Assembly: GCA_030248215.1 (NCBI GenBank) | Contig: JASANG010000266.1 | Location: forward strand, 62,001 to 126,000 | DNA: 64,000 bases | Direction of reading: 5' to 3' | Source of the DNA: Enoplolaimus lenunculus | Lineage: Eukaryota | Shown here: positions 1 through 13,900 of the stretch, in pieces | Numbering within the stretch: position 1 is the stretch's first letter | Layout: every line of letters begins with the position of its first letter | Position numbers and translations under genes: made by a program | Notes under the pieces: model-generated | The model's database searches: none | The model's input: the letters and a program-made list of their open reading frames with translations, nothing else | Told to the model about the DNA's origin: nothing

Positions 1-828
1 CTGCACGAAAAAAGCTGCATTAAAAATAATTGATTTTGACAAATTTTAATTTTTTTACGTTACAACTGCAGCATTCAAGATCATCTGGACGGCGAAGGGC
101 CGGCCTTTAACCAGCATAAACGGCTCCGCTCCGACGCCAATGTTACCTATTCAAAGTTACTCGCCGTAATGAATTGGCGTAGTGACTAGACCTTTAGCCT
201 CCGAGTTCGAAGCAGCAGGCGTCTAGACGTATATAACTGAAATCACGAACATTTGGACGTGGAAGCGCCTTAAACTACCTCAAAACGACCTCTGTAGTAA
301 AAGACACCTATGCTATATTACTACTAATATCAAAATTTGTCTGGCGTTGACTTTTTAGCCTCTAATCGGGCTTCCTACGCTTTATATAACTGCAATCCAC
401 AATGGCTGGACAGTGAAAGGCCTTAAACGACATAAAAACGACCCCTTAGCTCAAAATTACTTTTGCGCCGATTGATCGGCATCGGTGTATTGACACTTTT
501 CGTGCGGTTCGGCTTCGGCACAGCAAAAAATTGCCGATTCTTTGCAGGTACTTTTTGCACATAACAGTCAGTAGTTGGAATGCTACCAATTTCATTTCTA
601 AGAGCATGGTATCGATCGGCATCGGTCGGGTCGGCAACGGTAAAATTTGATAATAAGAATCAGCATCGGCAATAATTTTGGTATCGACACAACACTAGTC
701 AAAATCACTTATCTTATGTTACTCCCCATAAAAAATTGGACAATAATGCATACATAAAAACGATACATTCATACATATATACATTCATTCATACATACAT
801 GCATACATATATACATATATACATACAT

Positions 829-888
829 CAGGGTGCAACTGGAATTCCGTTTCCTGTTCCGGTAAATTGTAATTCCGGTTGCACCCTG
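829..888. mobile_element. 60-bp hAT-like MITE (CAGGGTGCAAC...GTTGCACCCTG) inside an (ATAC)n microsatellite
   Basis: 11-bp TIRs. 8-bp duplication ACATACAT at 821-828 and 889-896. Degenerate ATAC repeats from about 748 to 940. Confidence 0.75.
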
Positions 889-1221
889 ACATACATATAC
901 ACATACATACATGCACAAACAGAAACATGCATACATGCAAAAGAAATTTTTTTATATGAAACATGATCAAAGTGACTATCAGGAACCAAGACAATTCACC
1001 ACAGGACAACTCGTAGACCCAGACAGCTCATCGCACAGACCAGTCATAGTGGAACAGAACTATAGGTATTGAACGAAGCTGGGACATAACTTGCTTTTTA
1101 ATAGGGATGTGTCGATACCAAAATTTTTGCCGATACTAATTCTAATTTTGAAATTTTGAAATTTTGCCGATGCCGATTTCAAATTTAGTACACCATGGTT
1201 AATAAACAGATAGGATACTAC

Positions 1222-1598
1222 CAGGGTGCAACCGGAATTCCGGTTCCGGTTCCGGCATTTTTTCACCTTCCGGTTCCGGTTCCGGTAAATTTTTACCGGA
1301 TTTAAAAATTCCGGTGTTATAATTTGGCCGTTTAAGAATCTCTTTTGAAAGCCACTTGTACTCAGAATATAAGCCGTTGATGGTGGATTTCACTTCAGTC
1401 GACGACGAAAATCTAAAATACAACAAATAAAATAAATACCTGTGTTCGACTAAGGTTGTTTCACAAATAATAGAGCAAAAAATACGATAAAAATGAAATT
1501 TTTGGTGAAATGCATTTTTCATTTTCCGGTTCCGGTTCCGGTTCCGGTAAAATTTTCAAATTCCGGTTCCGGTAAATTGTAATTCCGGTTGCACCCTG
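1222..1598. mobile_element. hAT-like MITE, CAGGGTGCAACCGG family, with internal (TTCCGG)n
   Basis: TIRs CAGGGTGCAACCGGAATT/AATTCCGGTTGCACCCTG. TSD GATACTAC/AATACTAC (7 of 8 match). Related copies near 28980-29328, 31525-31878, 54725-55144, 55155-55562 and 60518-60640. Confidence 0.8.
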
Positions 1599-2518
1599 AA
1601 TACTACACTATATGAAGAGTTGAGTCCTACATATCATAAACGATTATAATTTTACAGGAACGGTTCATTTCAATTAATGTTTTAAACACAAACGCGAGAG
1701 ATAACAGTGTTCCTGACTAGACACACGGATATGCGCCCAGAAATGAGTTTGATACCATTCCAACTGACTGTTATGTGCAAAAGGAGTATCGGCAAAGAAT
1801 CGGCAATTTTTTGCAGTGCTGATGCCGATGCCAATACTTACGAAAAGTGCCGATTATTGATTATTACCGATGACTATGCTGATTAATCGGCACATCTCTA
1901 TTTTAATAACCCCAATGCGAGGTAACACCACAGGATAATAAGCTTTCAGACAAAAAAAGTTAATCGAAATCTGTTCAGCGATTCCTGAGATTGCCGTAGG
2001 AAGGTCAAGCGGACGGACGAACATACTGTTTTTGACCCCCGAGTACAAAATATAAACCGCTTCGCGAATTCGATTCGCTCACAAATAGGTCAGTACGCCC
2101 AACTTAGGTATAGGTGGGTCGGCGTCGGGCGACAAGTTATCCAGCAGCCTTCAAACTAGTTGGGGAAGGTTGAGTAGACATACCTTCCAAACCGTGGCAT
2201 AAAATTGTGCACACTAATTCGATGTAGGAAATATGCTTTGGAACGAGTGAGCAAATATAGTATACCCCAGAATTTGTTGTTCCCTACCACTAAAGCCCAT
2301 AGTCAGTTCACTTGGCTAGGGGTGCGGGTGAAGGTTAAATAATTTTTAGGTGGGGCACAGGCCCGTAGCCAGCTCACCTCGATGAGGGGCATATATACAA
2401 AGGTTTCCACTTACATGCGAGTTTGAAACTTTTCTAGGGTTATCATACTTTTTCTAGTTGAAGCATATGTTCCCCTGGCCCTCCTCTAGCAACGGAAGAG
2501 CCAAGACTTCATACCTAC

Positions 2519-2709
2519 CTTTGCCCATTTCGCTGTACAATCGTGTATCCAGTGCGTTCGATCAGTGCTTGTATTCGCTCACTGATTTGTTCTGTGTGTT
2601 CCTGGTCCATACGGACATTCAGTTCTTCACCGTTGCCTTCTGGTTGTTCATTTTGTAGACAGGACGTTTTGTTTGAATTTATATTGTTCCGTACAACGGA
2701 CGATAACAT
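2519..2709 (-). CDS. N-terminal exon of an RBM46/RBM47/A1CF (hnRNP-R-like) RRM RNA-binding protein; partial, downstream exons not found and probably left of the window
   Basis: Translation ends IQALIERTGYTIVQRNGQR, matching the family motif AL..RTGY.L.Q.NGQR(KYGGPPP). Donor AG|GTAGGT at 2518. The start codon is uncertain. Candidate upstream exons lie near 5168-5290 and 5453-5589. Confidence 0.7.
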
Positions 2710-4548
2710 ATTAAAATTAGGATGTAGCACTATTTTCTTCCTTATTTGTTAGTAATAAAATGATATCTTTATTAATCTATAAATAAAACTAACTGGAGCT
2801 GAGCTTGAGGTTGTTATACTTACCCAGGGCAAAGCCAGATCATGACCTGACAACCACGCCCTAAGGCCGATTATTTGTGTTTCGGCCACCGATATCGTTG
2901 AAAAACTTATTATAAGTTAAGGCGTCGATGATTTGTTTTCGCTCACTCTTCGGAGCCATTTGAACTGCAGGGCCTGAGACCGCAGTCTCAACTGACCTTC
3001 ATTATGATCCACCTGTGCTGTAGGTATCACATTTCGTCGCCCAACAACTCGTCTTCCGATAGCTGGTAATCCGAAATTTCATCAACTCGCCAATACGTCG
3101 TTCATCATTGCTGAGGCTTTGGATTACGCTACAGATTATGCTTCGATGTATTCATCGACTTTAGAACACTATTGGGAAATAAGTTGTCGGGCTACGAATT
3201 GCAGCTTCCTGCCGGTGAGCCAGGGTTTTATTTCAAACCGCTTGGTTTGTTTTACCAAAACAAGCGTAGTCTAATTACCCAGACACACGTAGGAATTTTG
3301 ATAACATCTTACAGTATCACGGTTAGCCGCCTCCTACTGCCTGATGGGCGATCCTACCTAACTGTATATAATCAACTATTTATTAGCTGGCAATTATTCA
3401 ACGAATTTTTAGTCAAGTTGATAAATCAAACGGATCCCGGAATAACTGAAGTAAGGCCTCGGTCGATGCAGGAGCCACACTAACTTACGTTCAGGTTTGT
3501 CCAAAAGTGCAATTCCATTCCGAACTACGCACAAAATTTGTAATAAAATTTTTTCCATTTGGAAACGGAAAATTTTGAACCGCATCATATTTTCCCCGAA
3601 AGCATAAATCAAATTCATAAACAGTTTTTTTAATTCCTGACTACGCTTTTTAAAACATGAAATCAAATCTGTTTGATTGATTTCCGCAGTAAGGAATTAA
3701 AAATATATTTTACCCGAATTTCGTTTTACACATTAAATCGAAAAGCTGACATATACGTATGCTATTTTTACACTAATCTCAAACCAGAATATTGCTCAGC
3801 TTGAGAATCATTTAATCTTGTTCAAGTTGTTAGTAATGCTGCGGCTTAAACAGCACAGTTACAGCAATAACTGTTATACGTGCATTGAAAAGATATATAA
3901 TATACTGATAACACGACACACAGTACTCGCTTGTCAACACTAGGTTCGTTTGATAGATAAAAGAGCATCAAAAGTGTTTACATACTGTAGTGACCCGAAT
4001 AAAAAGGGGTCCCTATTTTGAGTCCAATACAATTGAAGTCCTTATCCGTAATAAAAGTCCGTAAGTATATTCTAAACTCTAATTAGAGTCCATAAATATT
4101 AATTATTCCAAATTGTAGTGCATGAATGACTCAAGCACCAAATAAAGTTGAGTTCGAAAAATGCAGTTGGAAATTTTGTACGTTATAGCATGATAAAAGT
4201 TACAGTTTCCAAAAACAAAAGTATCCACTCAGTCCCGATAAAATCCTAAATCGCCGTTGAAAATTATCGTAGTACGCCTAACGCTAACTGCTAAATAATT
4301 CAAATTTCATCCGCTCTTGCAAAAATTTTGGCCCCCTAGAGAATTATCAACATTGCTTGTAACTCATTGAAAACCCTTGAATGCCCCTCCTGAAAATTTT
4401 TTAGCCCCCCTACTCCCCCTAGCAAGGTGAGCTGGCTACGGACCTGAAAACACACCGCGACCTTTGCACCTTAAGGCAGTGTGTACTCGCCAAACCAGCC
4501 CGATTGCACTAAAATAAAAAAATCTTTACAAAAATATCACAGTCTATT

Positions 4549-4703
4549 TCAGGCCCGTAGCCGAGGAGGTCAAGGGGGCAAAATTTTATTCCCCTCTAGA
4601 AAATTTTCAACCTTGCTTTACGTCACTGAAAACCTCTGTATGACCCTCCTGAAAAATTTTTCAGCCTTCCCTCCCATAACAAGGTGAGCTAGTTGTGGGT
4701 CTG
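4549..4703. mobile_element. GC-rich ~150-bp MITE family (CAGGCCCGTAGCC...GGCTACGGGCCTG), representative copy
   Basis: Recurrent TIR with a shared core. Other copies near 2358, 4300-4446, 4935-5108, 6670-6828, 10608-10770, 47763-47914 and 63766-63919. Confidence 0.7.
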
Positions 4704-6939
4704 TGTAATTTATAGTAAATCCCGGCTCAACAAAATTCAATTTGAATTCTGCATCAGTGTCAAAAAAACTATTGAAGCTAGAAAATGCAACCGCGAATTT
4801 TTTATTGCGATTTGCGTTTTAGATTTGATTTTGTACCTAACAAGTAGACGTTACGACTCTGCATCGTAAACACAAGTGTTCGGTGAGCAGCTAGTCTGGG
4901 AATAATATTTAAAACAAACTACGACTGCATATCGGGCCCCGTAGCCGGTGGGGAGCGAGCCAGGGGAAGGGGCTCAGCACCGCAAATGGAAAACTTTTCT
5001 CGATCCTAGAAAGTTTTCAACCTTCCTTGTAAATCATCGAAAACCATTTTATGCCCCACCTGAAAAAATTGTTAGCCTCGCAAGCAAAAAGATTTGGCTA
5101 CGGCCCTGCTGAATATCTGTATATTTCATGAAATTTTTTCTGAATAATAGTAAAGTCGCTATCTTACAGTTATTAAAATTGCAAATTAGAAAATTATTTC
5201 CGCTCGTTTTGCTTGCAGCGTTGTTGTTCCCATTCGCTGGTCGATTACCTGTTGCACCTTCGCGTAGTACCACTAGTACTATGATGCGATTAGGAGTGGT
5301 TTAATAATCAGCGATATTTTTCAAATATACTACGATTTTTCGTCAGAATAATGTTAAAGTAAGGAGGGTCCCGTATCAACAAAGCTTGTTTACATGGCCG
5401 GCACCTGGATAGTTTTTTTGAATCTTTCTATGAACTAAAAAGTTGCATTTACCTGTATCGGAAAACATTACAGATGTTGCTCAAAGTTCGACCCCCCAAG
5501 AACAGCCTTCCTTTCGGTGAATTAGGCTGGTTATAGGACCTGATGCACCTCAACACTGGCGCATGCAAGGGAACGGTGCAACCACGGCCTGAAACAGGGA
5601 TCAAAACCAAAAATCTTTTGTTAAGCTTTAGCACTCCGTTCGGCTTCTTACTCGCTTCGTGTAAGACGTTTTTCATTATATATCATGCGACACACCTTTT
5701 AGAAATTTTTGGATCAACCACAGCAACTGCATCTGTACTGTGAAATTAGCATTAAGCCATAGTGCCAACATTAGCGAACACAAAAACAACCCTCGTAGCA
5801 CATAAATCTGTTATAAACACTGTGTAAATTACAAATCAACTACTTTCTTGCCATACATGTCGATCAAACGTGAGAAAGTGTGAACAAAAAATACAAACAT
5901 TCCCACATACAAAACATGCAATAGAACATCAGTGAAACAATTTTTATACTAAAGTCTCGGTTCTGCTTGAGATCTGTTGCGTTTTAAGCTGTGTGGCGCA
6001 TCTGGGCGAGACCTCAGACTTAGACTGATGTTTGTCCAGTGATTGACCAGCAAACTGTGAGTTGTTGCTATGAGTCAGCGGTTAATTATAAATTATGGCA
6101 GTTTTAGATGGAAACAGAAGATATTAACGTATATATGTTGTAGGCCAGCAAATTTGCTTTCAGGCCAATAAGTAATTGGCCTGAATATCAAATTGGCCTA
6201 CCGCATATATATGTTTTCAAATCGTAGCGGTATCGATTGGGGGGCCGCACCCAAAGGGGCCCCCACCCTAATCGGTTGAACCAAAATCCGCGAAAGTTTT
6301 AAAATGCGTCTTTGTTCTCGGGGGGAGCCTCCAGTCCTGCCTGCTCCGGCACTGGCCAGGGAGGGCTAGAAATGTTTTAGGAGAAGCGTACAAGGGTTTT
6401 TGTCCGACACCGACACAGCTACAAGCGAGGTTGACAATTTTCTAGGGGGGGGTTGTTTTGGGGGGGGGGCTGAGCCCCCCCTTGGTTTTGGGCCCGAACT
6501 ACTCTTAGCTAGCATTTCGAGCTTGGCACCGGTACGTACCTAATGAGGACAAGATATGCCATTGAGGTGCTTAGCGAAACTTATTCCACACAAGTGGGGT
6601 CCCTCAAGGGCCCATAACTAAATTTTCAAAAAGTATTTTTTGCATAAATGTCCAAATAATTATCATCTGCAGGTCTGTAGCAAGCTCGCCTTCCTGGGGG
6701 CAAAAAATTGTGAAGGAGGGGTGTGCTATGCATTTCGATGACTTTACAAGCAAGGTTAAAGATTTCTAGGGCGGCAAAAATCATCCGGGAAGGCTAAACC
6801 CCCTGACCCCTCTCTGCGGCTACGGGCGTAACGTTTGGCTTGTCGCTCGCTTCGCTCGTAGAAATTCCTTCACTATTATTCCTCTGTTGTAATCCCTAGT
6901 CACTCCCGGCATGCTGTTTTAATACCACCTATTCCGTCA

Positions 6940-7134
6940 AACGGCCCATGTAAAGATCGGGGGCGGAACATTTTTTCTGTGGGACGAGAAAACACTAAGC
7001 TTAAAGCTTTGACTAATTTTTTTGCTTGGCTTAGGCTTAGGCATATGCTCATTCATTACGCTTAGGATTAGGTTTAGGCTTAAGAACATGCTTATAATAA
7101 TACTGTTCCGCACATGTTTTTTACATTGGCCCGT
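6940..7134. mobile_element. MITE carrying degenerate telomeric TTAGGC repeats
   Basis: Imperfect TIRs ACGGCCCATGTAAA/TTTACATTGGCCCGT with internal GGCTTAGGCTTAGGC. Homologous copies near 25870-26075, 32975-33150, 52090-52200 and 59703-60230. Confidence 0.65.
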
Positions 7135-7811
7135 CAAACGAACTATCTCCAAACTAAATTGATTCAAAGCGGAAAATCTGTTTGGTTTCTCGCCTCGCTC
7201 GCTGTGCTCGCTCACGCGCTTCTTTACTGGCTCTACTTTAGTTTCAGATCCACGAGATATGTGAGTGACTGTTGGCGACAGTTTCGCGGTCCAAATTGTT
7301 CACCTCAAACTCCACAGTGTGTTTTGAAGCTAAATACGCGAAAAATGCTGAGGTTCTCACAAACCCGCTATACCGAAAATGTTTTGAAACTATCTAAATA
7401 GTACAGGACCCAAAAGAACTTAGGCGGTGGAGAACGCGCGATGGGTTATTGACTATGTCGAGCCCTACACATCCGATGGAGACTGTCTTAACAATAAGCA
7501 ATCAATTATGCAGCAGCCGAACACGGGCGGGAGGGGTGCTTCTTGTCTTAGTCGTAACAAAATTATAGAATATCAAAATTGATAAATTGAACAAAATTTG
7601 AGATACTGTTTATTCCACCTTTTTGCCGAAATTTTAGGAAGTTGTTTTATTATAAGCGAATGTTCAGTCCGTCAGCAGGCAGGCTCTTATATATTAACAG
7701 TTTGCAACCGGAGGTAAAAAAATGCCGTAGCCCGAGTCGGAGGTGAAGCCAGACGTGAGATGGACTTAGGTAGTTAAACAATAATTAACCAGTCGTAGTG
7801 GGACTACATTT

Positions 7812-8950
7812 ATTGAGCAAAGCTCGAACACACGTAAGCAATTAAGGTAATATGCAAATTTGTTGTTAGCTAACTATTCATTTGTCGGTTTTGGAGGTTT
7901 GTAAGCAATTTCCTCAGATTCCTCGCACCCAAAAACCCTTCAGCCACCCTAATAATTTTTGGAATAATTTAAAAAGTCCTAATTTTGTCTTGTCAATTAA
8001 GCTAATATGCAAATTAGCTATTAGCTAACTATTCAATTATCGGTTTTGGATGTTTGTAAACTGTTTATTCAAATTTCTCGCACCTAAAAACCCTTTAGTG
8101 CTGAAATTATATTGCTTTTAACTTTAATGATTAGAGAAATATTGTAAAAAGTCCTAATTTAGGCTTATAAACTATGCTAATATGCAAATTATCTATTAGC
8201 TAACTACTCAATTATTGGTTTTAAACGCTTGTAAACAAATTATTCAGATTCCTCGCACCTAAAAACCCTTCAGTGCTGAAATTATATTGCTTTTAACCTT
8301 AATAATTATAGAAATAATTTAAAAAGTCCTAATTTTGCCTGGTCAATTAAGCTAATATGCAAATTAGCTATCGGCTAACTATTCAATTATCGGTTTTGGA
8401 TGTTTGTAAACTATTTATTCAAATTTCTCGCACCTAAAAACCCTTTAGTGCTGAAATTATATTGCTTTTAACCTTAATAATTAGTGAAATATTGTTAAAA
8501 GTCCTAATTTAGGCTTATAAACTATGCTAATATGCAAATTAGCTATTCGCTAACTGCTCAATTATCGGCTTTGGAGGTTTGTAAATAGTCTACGCGGATT
8601 TCTCGCAGCCAAAAACCCTTTAATGCTAAAATTAGATTGCTTCTAACTGTAATAATGAGAGAAATATTGTGGAAAGACCTAATTTAGGCTTAATTAATTA
8701 TGCAAATTAGCCTGTAGCTAATAAACGGCTTAAAATTTTAAAACCCCAGTGCGAGATTAACACCTCAGGATAATTGGCTTTCAAACAAAAAAAGTTTATC
8801 AAAATCGGTTCAGCCGTTCCTGAGATTCTTTTCGGACGGACAGACGGACAGGCGGACGGACGGACATCCACCTTTCGACCCCCAAGTACAAAACATAAAA
8901 CGCTTCGCGAAACTCCGAGCTTCGCTCGGAGTTTCGCTTTGCTCAATAAT
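7812..8950. mobile_element. Helentron-associated (HINE/DINE-1-like) non-autonomous element with an internal ~175-bp tandem array
   Basis: About five units anchored on ATGCAAATT near 7849, 8004, 8179, 8354, 8529 and 8699. GGAC/AGAC microsatellite at 8834-8865. Terminal hairpin CGAAACTCCGAGC-TTC-GCTCGGAGTTTCG. Shorter relatives near 1900-2085 and 40255-40555. Confidence 0.6.
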
Positions 8951-10913
8951 TATTTAAAATCCGACCATTTGTGAGCAAACTCCGGCTGGCGGGATGATAA
9001 CCGAAAAGAGCCAAATCCGCATCCCACTTCACGAATTCCTCTGCCGTATATTTTGTCTCCCTTCCCGTAATTTCCTCAGTAAATTTTCGGCCCCGCCACA
9101 GCGGTAGCTCCACTTTTGAAATTACTGGTTGCGAAGTCAGTTGGTTCTGGGACGCTCGGGTATGAAATCGGATTTTTGTTTATGGGCGACCAAAAGTCAA
9201 AGGAGAGACCAGAGTATCAGCTACTGCTATTAATTGTTCTCCGAAAACTTCTATTTCTAGACTCACGTGTTTCTATCAGTATATTTCCATTCAATCTGCT
9301 AAAAATTGTAGGCTTTGAGCTTTGGGTTTAGGCTTACGTTTAGGTTTACGCATAGGCTAAGGTTTATGCTCAATTTGACATTTTGGCTTAGTCTTTTGGC
9401 CTGTACGCTTTAACGGGTAGTTGGGATGGCCTGTACACTTTAACGGGTAGTTGGGATGGCCAGTAGTTTAAAAAAGCTGCGCGAGCGAAGCGAATGATAA
9501 TACTCAGTGCTTGTTTGCATTAAATATTTTCATTTCAAACACGGAACTTCGGTTTTGGTACACTTTTAGTTGTTTTTCCAGGGGCGTCGGCTGACACTCC
9601 TGCTACCCATGTTTATACCGCGTGTCTGCAAACCATTCCAAATATACGTTGTGATAAAATTGGAATTCAGCTGTATGATTGACTGACATCTTTGAGCAGT
9701 GAGAAATAACGTAAAATTTTCATAGTCAGATATGATCACTCGGTCCATTGTTTAGATGGTCTTGGTGACACTTCAAAGTTTTCACTGTATTTAACGAATA
9801 AATTAAGTTTTTATTAAATAAACATATTAATTTTACATAAATAGTGTTTCAAATTCTAAATTTAGCACAGCAGCCGGGACAGGAGCGTGTAGGTACAAGG
9901 GAGAATAGAGGATTATATCCAAAAGAAATAATCCCTCTGTACATCAGGTATATATGCTTGAATTTCTCTACCTTCATGCTCTCCGTCTTCTAGGTTGTTG
10001 GACGTCATTTGAACATTGAACTTTATAATTCCTAGATTATGCTCCACCGATTGCTGCACAGAATGAAAATAAATATATATTAGCAACAAATAAAATGCAT
10101 TAACAAGAAAATACAGTGCTTGTTCAGAATCTTCCAACATAACTTGCGTACACCACGACCAATATTTTCACATGTTTGTTGCCTGTCCAATATAGGTATA
10201 GGTCGGATCCATTTTGCAGTCTGTACATGACAAGCACATCTAAGACTGTCATGTGCAGATTGTCAGATTTGTCACACCTGTATAGAATGGTGGACACCTG
10301 GCGTCAAAGTTTTTGACCTGGATGTGAAAGACGTCAATTTGACCCATACATTTAGTGAAATTTTACAGACATGTACATGAATGACAGACATGTGACTCAG
10401 TGTAACCCGGATATAAGAGACCCGGATAAAAGAGAAGCCCGGATATAAGACAGACTTTCGCTGGTCCCAAATTTAGTGCCAGTGTTATGTATTTAAATTA
10501 GACCCGGATATAAAGACCTGGATATAAGGAAAACCCGAAATAAAAGAGAGATTTTCTCTGGTAACCGTCCTTCCCGATACAGAGGCCCTCTTTGGCGTAG
10601 GGGCCCAAGCCCGTAGCCAGCTCACCATGCTAGAGGGGGCTAAAATATTTTTAGGAGCGGCATTCAAGAATTTTTAACGACTTGCAAGCAAGGTTCAAAA
10701 TTTTCTAAAAGGGCCAAAATTTCTAGAGGTGCTAATCCCCCCTCGCCCCCCCCCCTTTGGCTACGGGCCCATGGGGCCCTTCTTTGGAATGGGTCCCTCC
10801 CGCTCCGGACCTGGCAGGAATGATGATATAATATTTACGGCGTGAATGAGAAAGGCGGACCAAACATCGCTTAAATACGGTTTTTATGAAACATATTATT
10901 GATAGCAAACACG

Positions 10914-13900
10914 CTAACATCTCCAATACGCATTTAAGCTTGGTTTCAGTGCCATAAAGGTTACTAGAAAGCAAACAATAAATACAATAGCAAAAACACA
11001 CAAAAATATTCCAAACCCAACCGACGAAATGCAAACAGTTTTCACTGGCTTTGAAGTCACCGGCGACGTACTGAACGACTTGGCTCGAACGGTGGAGGCG
11101 GCGTTGTTTGAATTGCGGCGGCGATTGATATTTGGAAGTATGCGAATATCGCGTGATCGTATCGCAATGGCAATGTTCTGTGGAACTGCTTTGCCAGCTG
11201 AAATTTGGCTAAGAAACGTTCAAATTTTCTCAATACAAAATTAATCCGGTAACCAGAAAAAGGTCATGTGGCACTCAACCACCGTTCTGGTAAAATTTTG
11301 TTTCCAAAACGAAATGTTTTTAGCCTCATTTTTTGAGTTTAACTTTGCATAGAATTCTGTACAACTCAAGTATTATTAGAAAAACGTTTCACATTTTATT
11401 AAATAAAGAATGTAGTCATGAAGATTTTTTTGAAAAAAGGATTCGTCATCAACAGCCCCTGAATCCATGTGCTATCTGACAGCATTGATATATTTTTGAA
11501 TTTTTAAAACCTTTTCAACTCATCGGAAGATGTGTAGTCCGGAACGAGATGAGATAAGCTAAACCTTTTCTAGGAGGGAAGCGGATTTTTTTATGTCAAA
11601 GTCCACCATGCCGTTGTTTGGCTACGTACCCGTGTTGACCACTTACCCTGTTTGTCTTCATCATCTTCAACGGGCAACACAACGATGGGATTCGCGTGAA
11701 CATCGGTTTCCAGGGCGTTTTGAAACAGATTACGTTGCTTGATCGAATCACGTTGTTGAGACTGAAAAAATCGGAACAATCGATAATTTTGACCAGCAAC
11801 AAATCCAGAAACTGCAAATCAAAGAAGCCGCGCGATATAAAACTGTTAAATAGCTTGCGAGCGATCAAGCGAGAAACCAAACACAATTTCAGTCCTAATC
11901 TTGATACCTATTTGGCGGCCTCGGACTGTGTAATTCCTCCTTGGATCCAGCAGCAGTTTGACTTATTTTCCTTGTTTCACGTGGGTGCCTAAACGCACAG
12001 CAGCGAATTTGAATGAACTCCTTGAGAATATAATGTTTTAAAAAAGATACCAAGCCATAAAACATTTATCGGAGACCAGTGTGCAAAATGATTGAAATGT
12101 TACCGGAGCCATTCATCTACTAAGATAGGATTTAATGAATAACTGGTAAGATGATTTACTTCTATGTAGTATACAATTGCGGACAATTGACATATATCCT
12201 GCCCGTTTCGAAATTTCCTGTCAGGCTTACAAAGGCACTTTTACAGGCTGTAGGATAACTTGCAGAGGTCAAAACATTTCTCGCACACCACGAACTACGC
12301 TCAAATGCATAAACTGTCAGCAGAGGTTATTCCCCCTATGAAAATGTAATTCTAGCTACGTATGGCTGACTATTATACGTATCAATTTTGGTCCAATTAT
12401 ACATTACATTCATGATTTCGCAAATTGCATCAAAAATACTGTAGTACGAGTGAATGTACAATATAATATACCTAAATACGAAACTTGCCTCAAAAGTACC
12501 ACTGTTAGGATTGCTTGTACGTTTAACTCGACCAGATGCAGCAAACGAATGTCCGAACGAAATTTGACTAGCTTTAGACGGATCAAGAACACGAGGCGGC
12601 GTCGCAGCTCTACTGCGGCTTGTGTAAACTGGCAGCGGGTTGCGGAATGGCGATTTACCAACTTTCCGGTTCGATTCATAAACCGGGAGACGGTTGTAGA
12701 TTTCGAGTCTGTAAAGTAGCAACGCAATTCAATCGTTTGTACGTGGGGCCAGTCGTTCTCAATAAGAGAGACTTCCATTTTAAAAGCATATCAGAATTCT
12801 AATATCTCACTCATAACTGCAGCTACGGTTTCATTTCGATAGAGTATAATCGGATAAAACAAAATTATTACCGTCGAAAATTTAACAATTAAAGTGCTTA
12901 TTTTTTGCCTCTAGAACTTTCCATAAAGGATATACATCAGGGCTGCGGTATCTGTGGTTCAAAAGTAATGGCGTTTTATAGCAAATGTAATGCAAATGCT
13001 GCTCATTTGATGTACCACCACCTATGTTGACTTTTGGTTGCCTACAGCCCCGGATTAAAGGGGGGTGGCCGGCCCACGGGCCTTCCACCAAAAGGGGCCT
13101 CCAACCAACCGAAAACCACGATGTGATTCAATTGATAACAAGCCCACAAAAATGTTTCGCGGACCACGAAGTTATACAAGCTGTGAAACAGTCCATTGGG
13201 GGGCTCTCTCGGGCCTGTTTGGGCGGCCGACTATTCTTACTCTAACGCTGGTTGCACCGCTACGCGATTTTTGGGAAGTACTGATTGCGTTGTTCGGCAG
13301 GGTTATATAAAAGGATGTACAAAATAATTTTCCAAATGTTGAGAAAGTTATACAAATTCAAAAAATTATCAAGCATTTGTATAATGACTCGGAGAGCAAC
13401 AGTAAAAAACATAAACACATGTTCCTACAATTTGCAACTTCGAATCGTATATTTTTACAAGAAAATAAAGTGTCCCAAAGCGCACGTAACATGTGGAAAA
13501 GCAGTACGTTTAAATCGCATTAGCATTAAGATATACTACTACGCGTAGTTGCACACATGTGCAACTGGACTAAGCTTCTTCGGCCCTTACAGCGCTTTTT
13601 TGCTACCAACTACGCTGAACAATAGAAATCTATTTCACCTCGTTTCTACACATTACAAATTTTTTCTGATGCAGTTTGGAAAACTATTTTTTCAATGGTT
13701 CTTGCGGAGCATTTTAACTCCTAATTCCCATTATTATTGTCAAAAAATATTTATACATATGTACTCCAGTGAAAGATTTCACTATATTTTTAAAAAGCAA
13801 TGGAACCCGATCATATCAAGCACTTTATCTCACCGCAAAATCTGGCTAGAATACAACTGTAACCAAAGTAGTTTCAACTAGTGATTCAATCTTAACATTG

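Noticed and set aside
1060..1522. ORFs with EPEPE/RNRN repeats
   Set aside because: They are translations of the (TTCCGG)n tracts of a MITE.
9566..10140. Short minus-strand ORFs downstream of the cuticlin stop
   Set aside because: No recognisable motif and no consistent splice chain. They could be UTR or distant 5' exons of the RRM gene, but this is unsupported.
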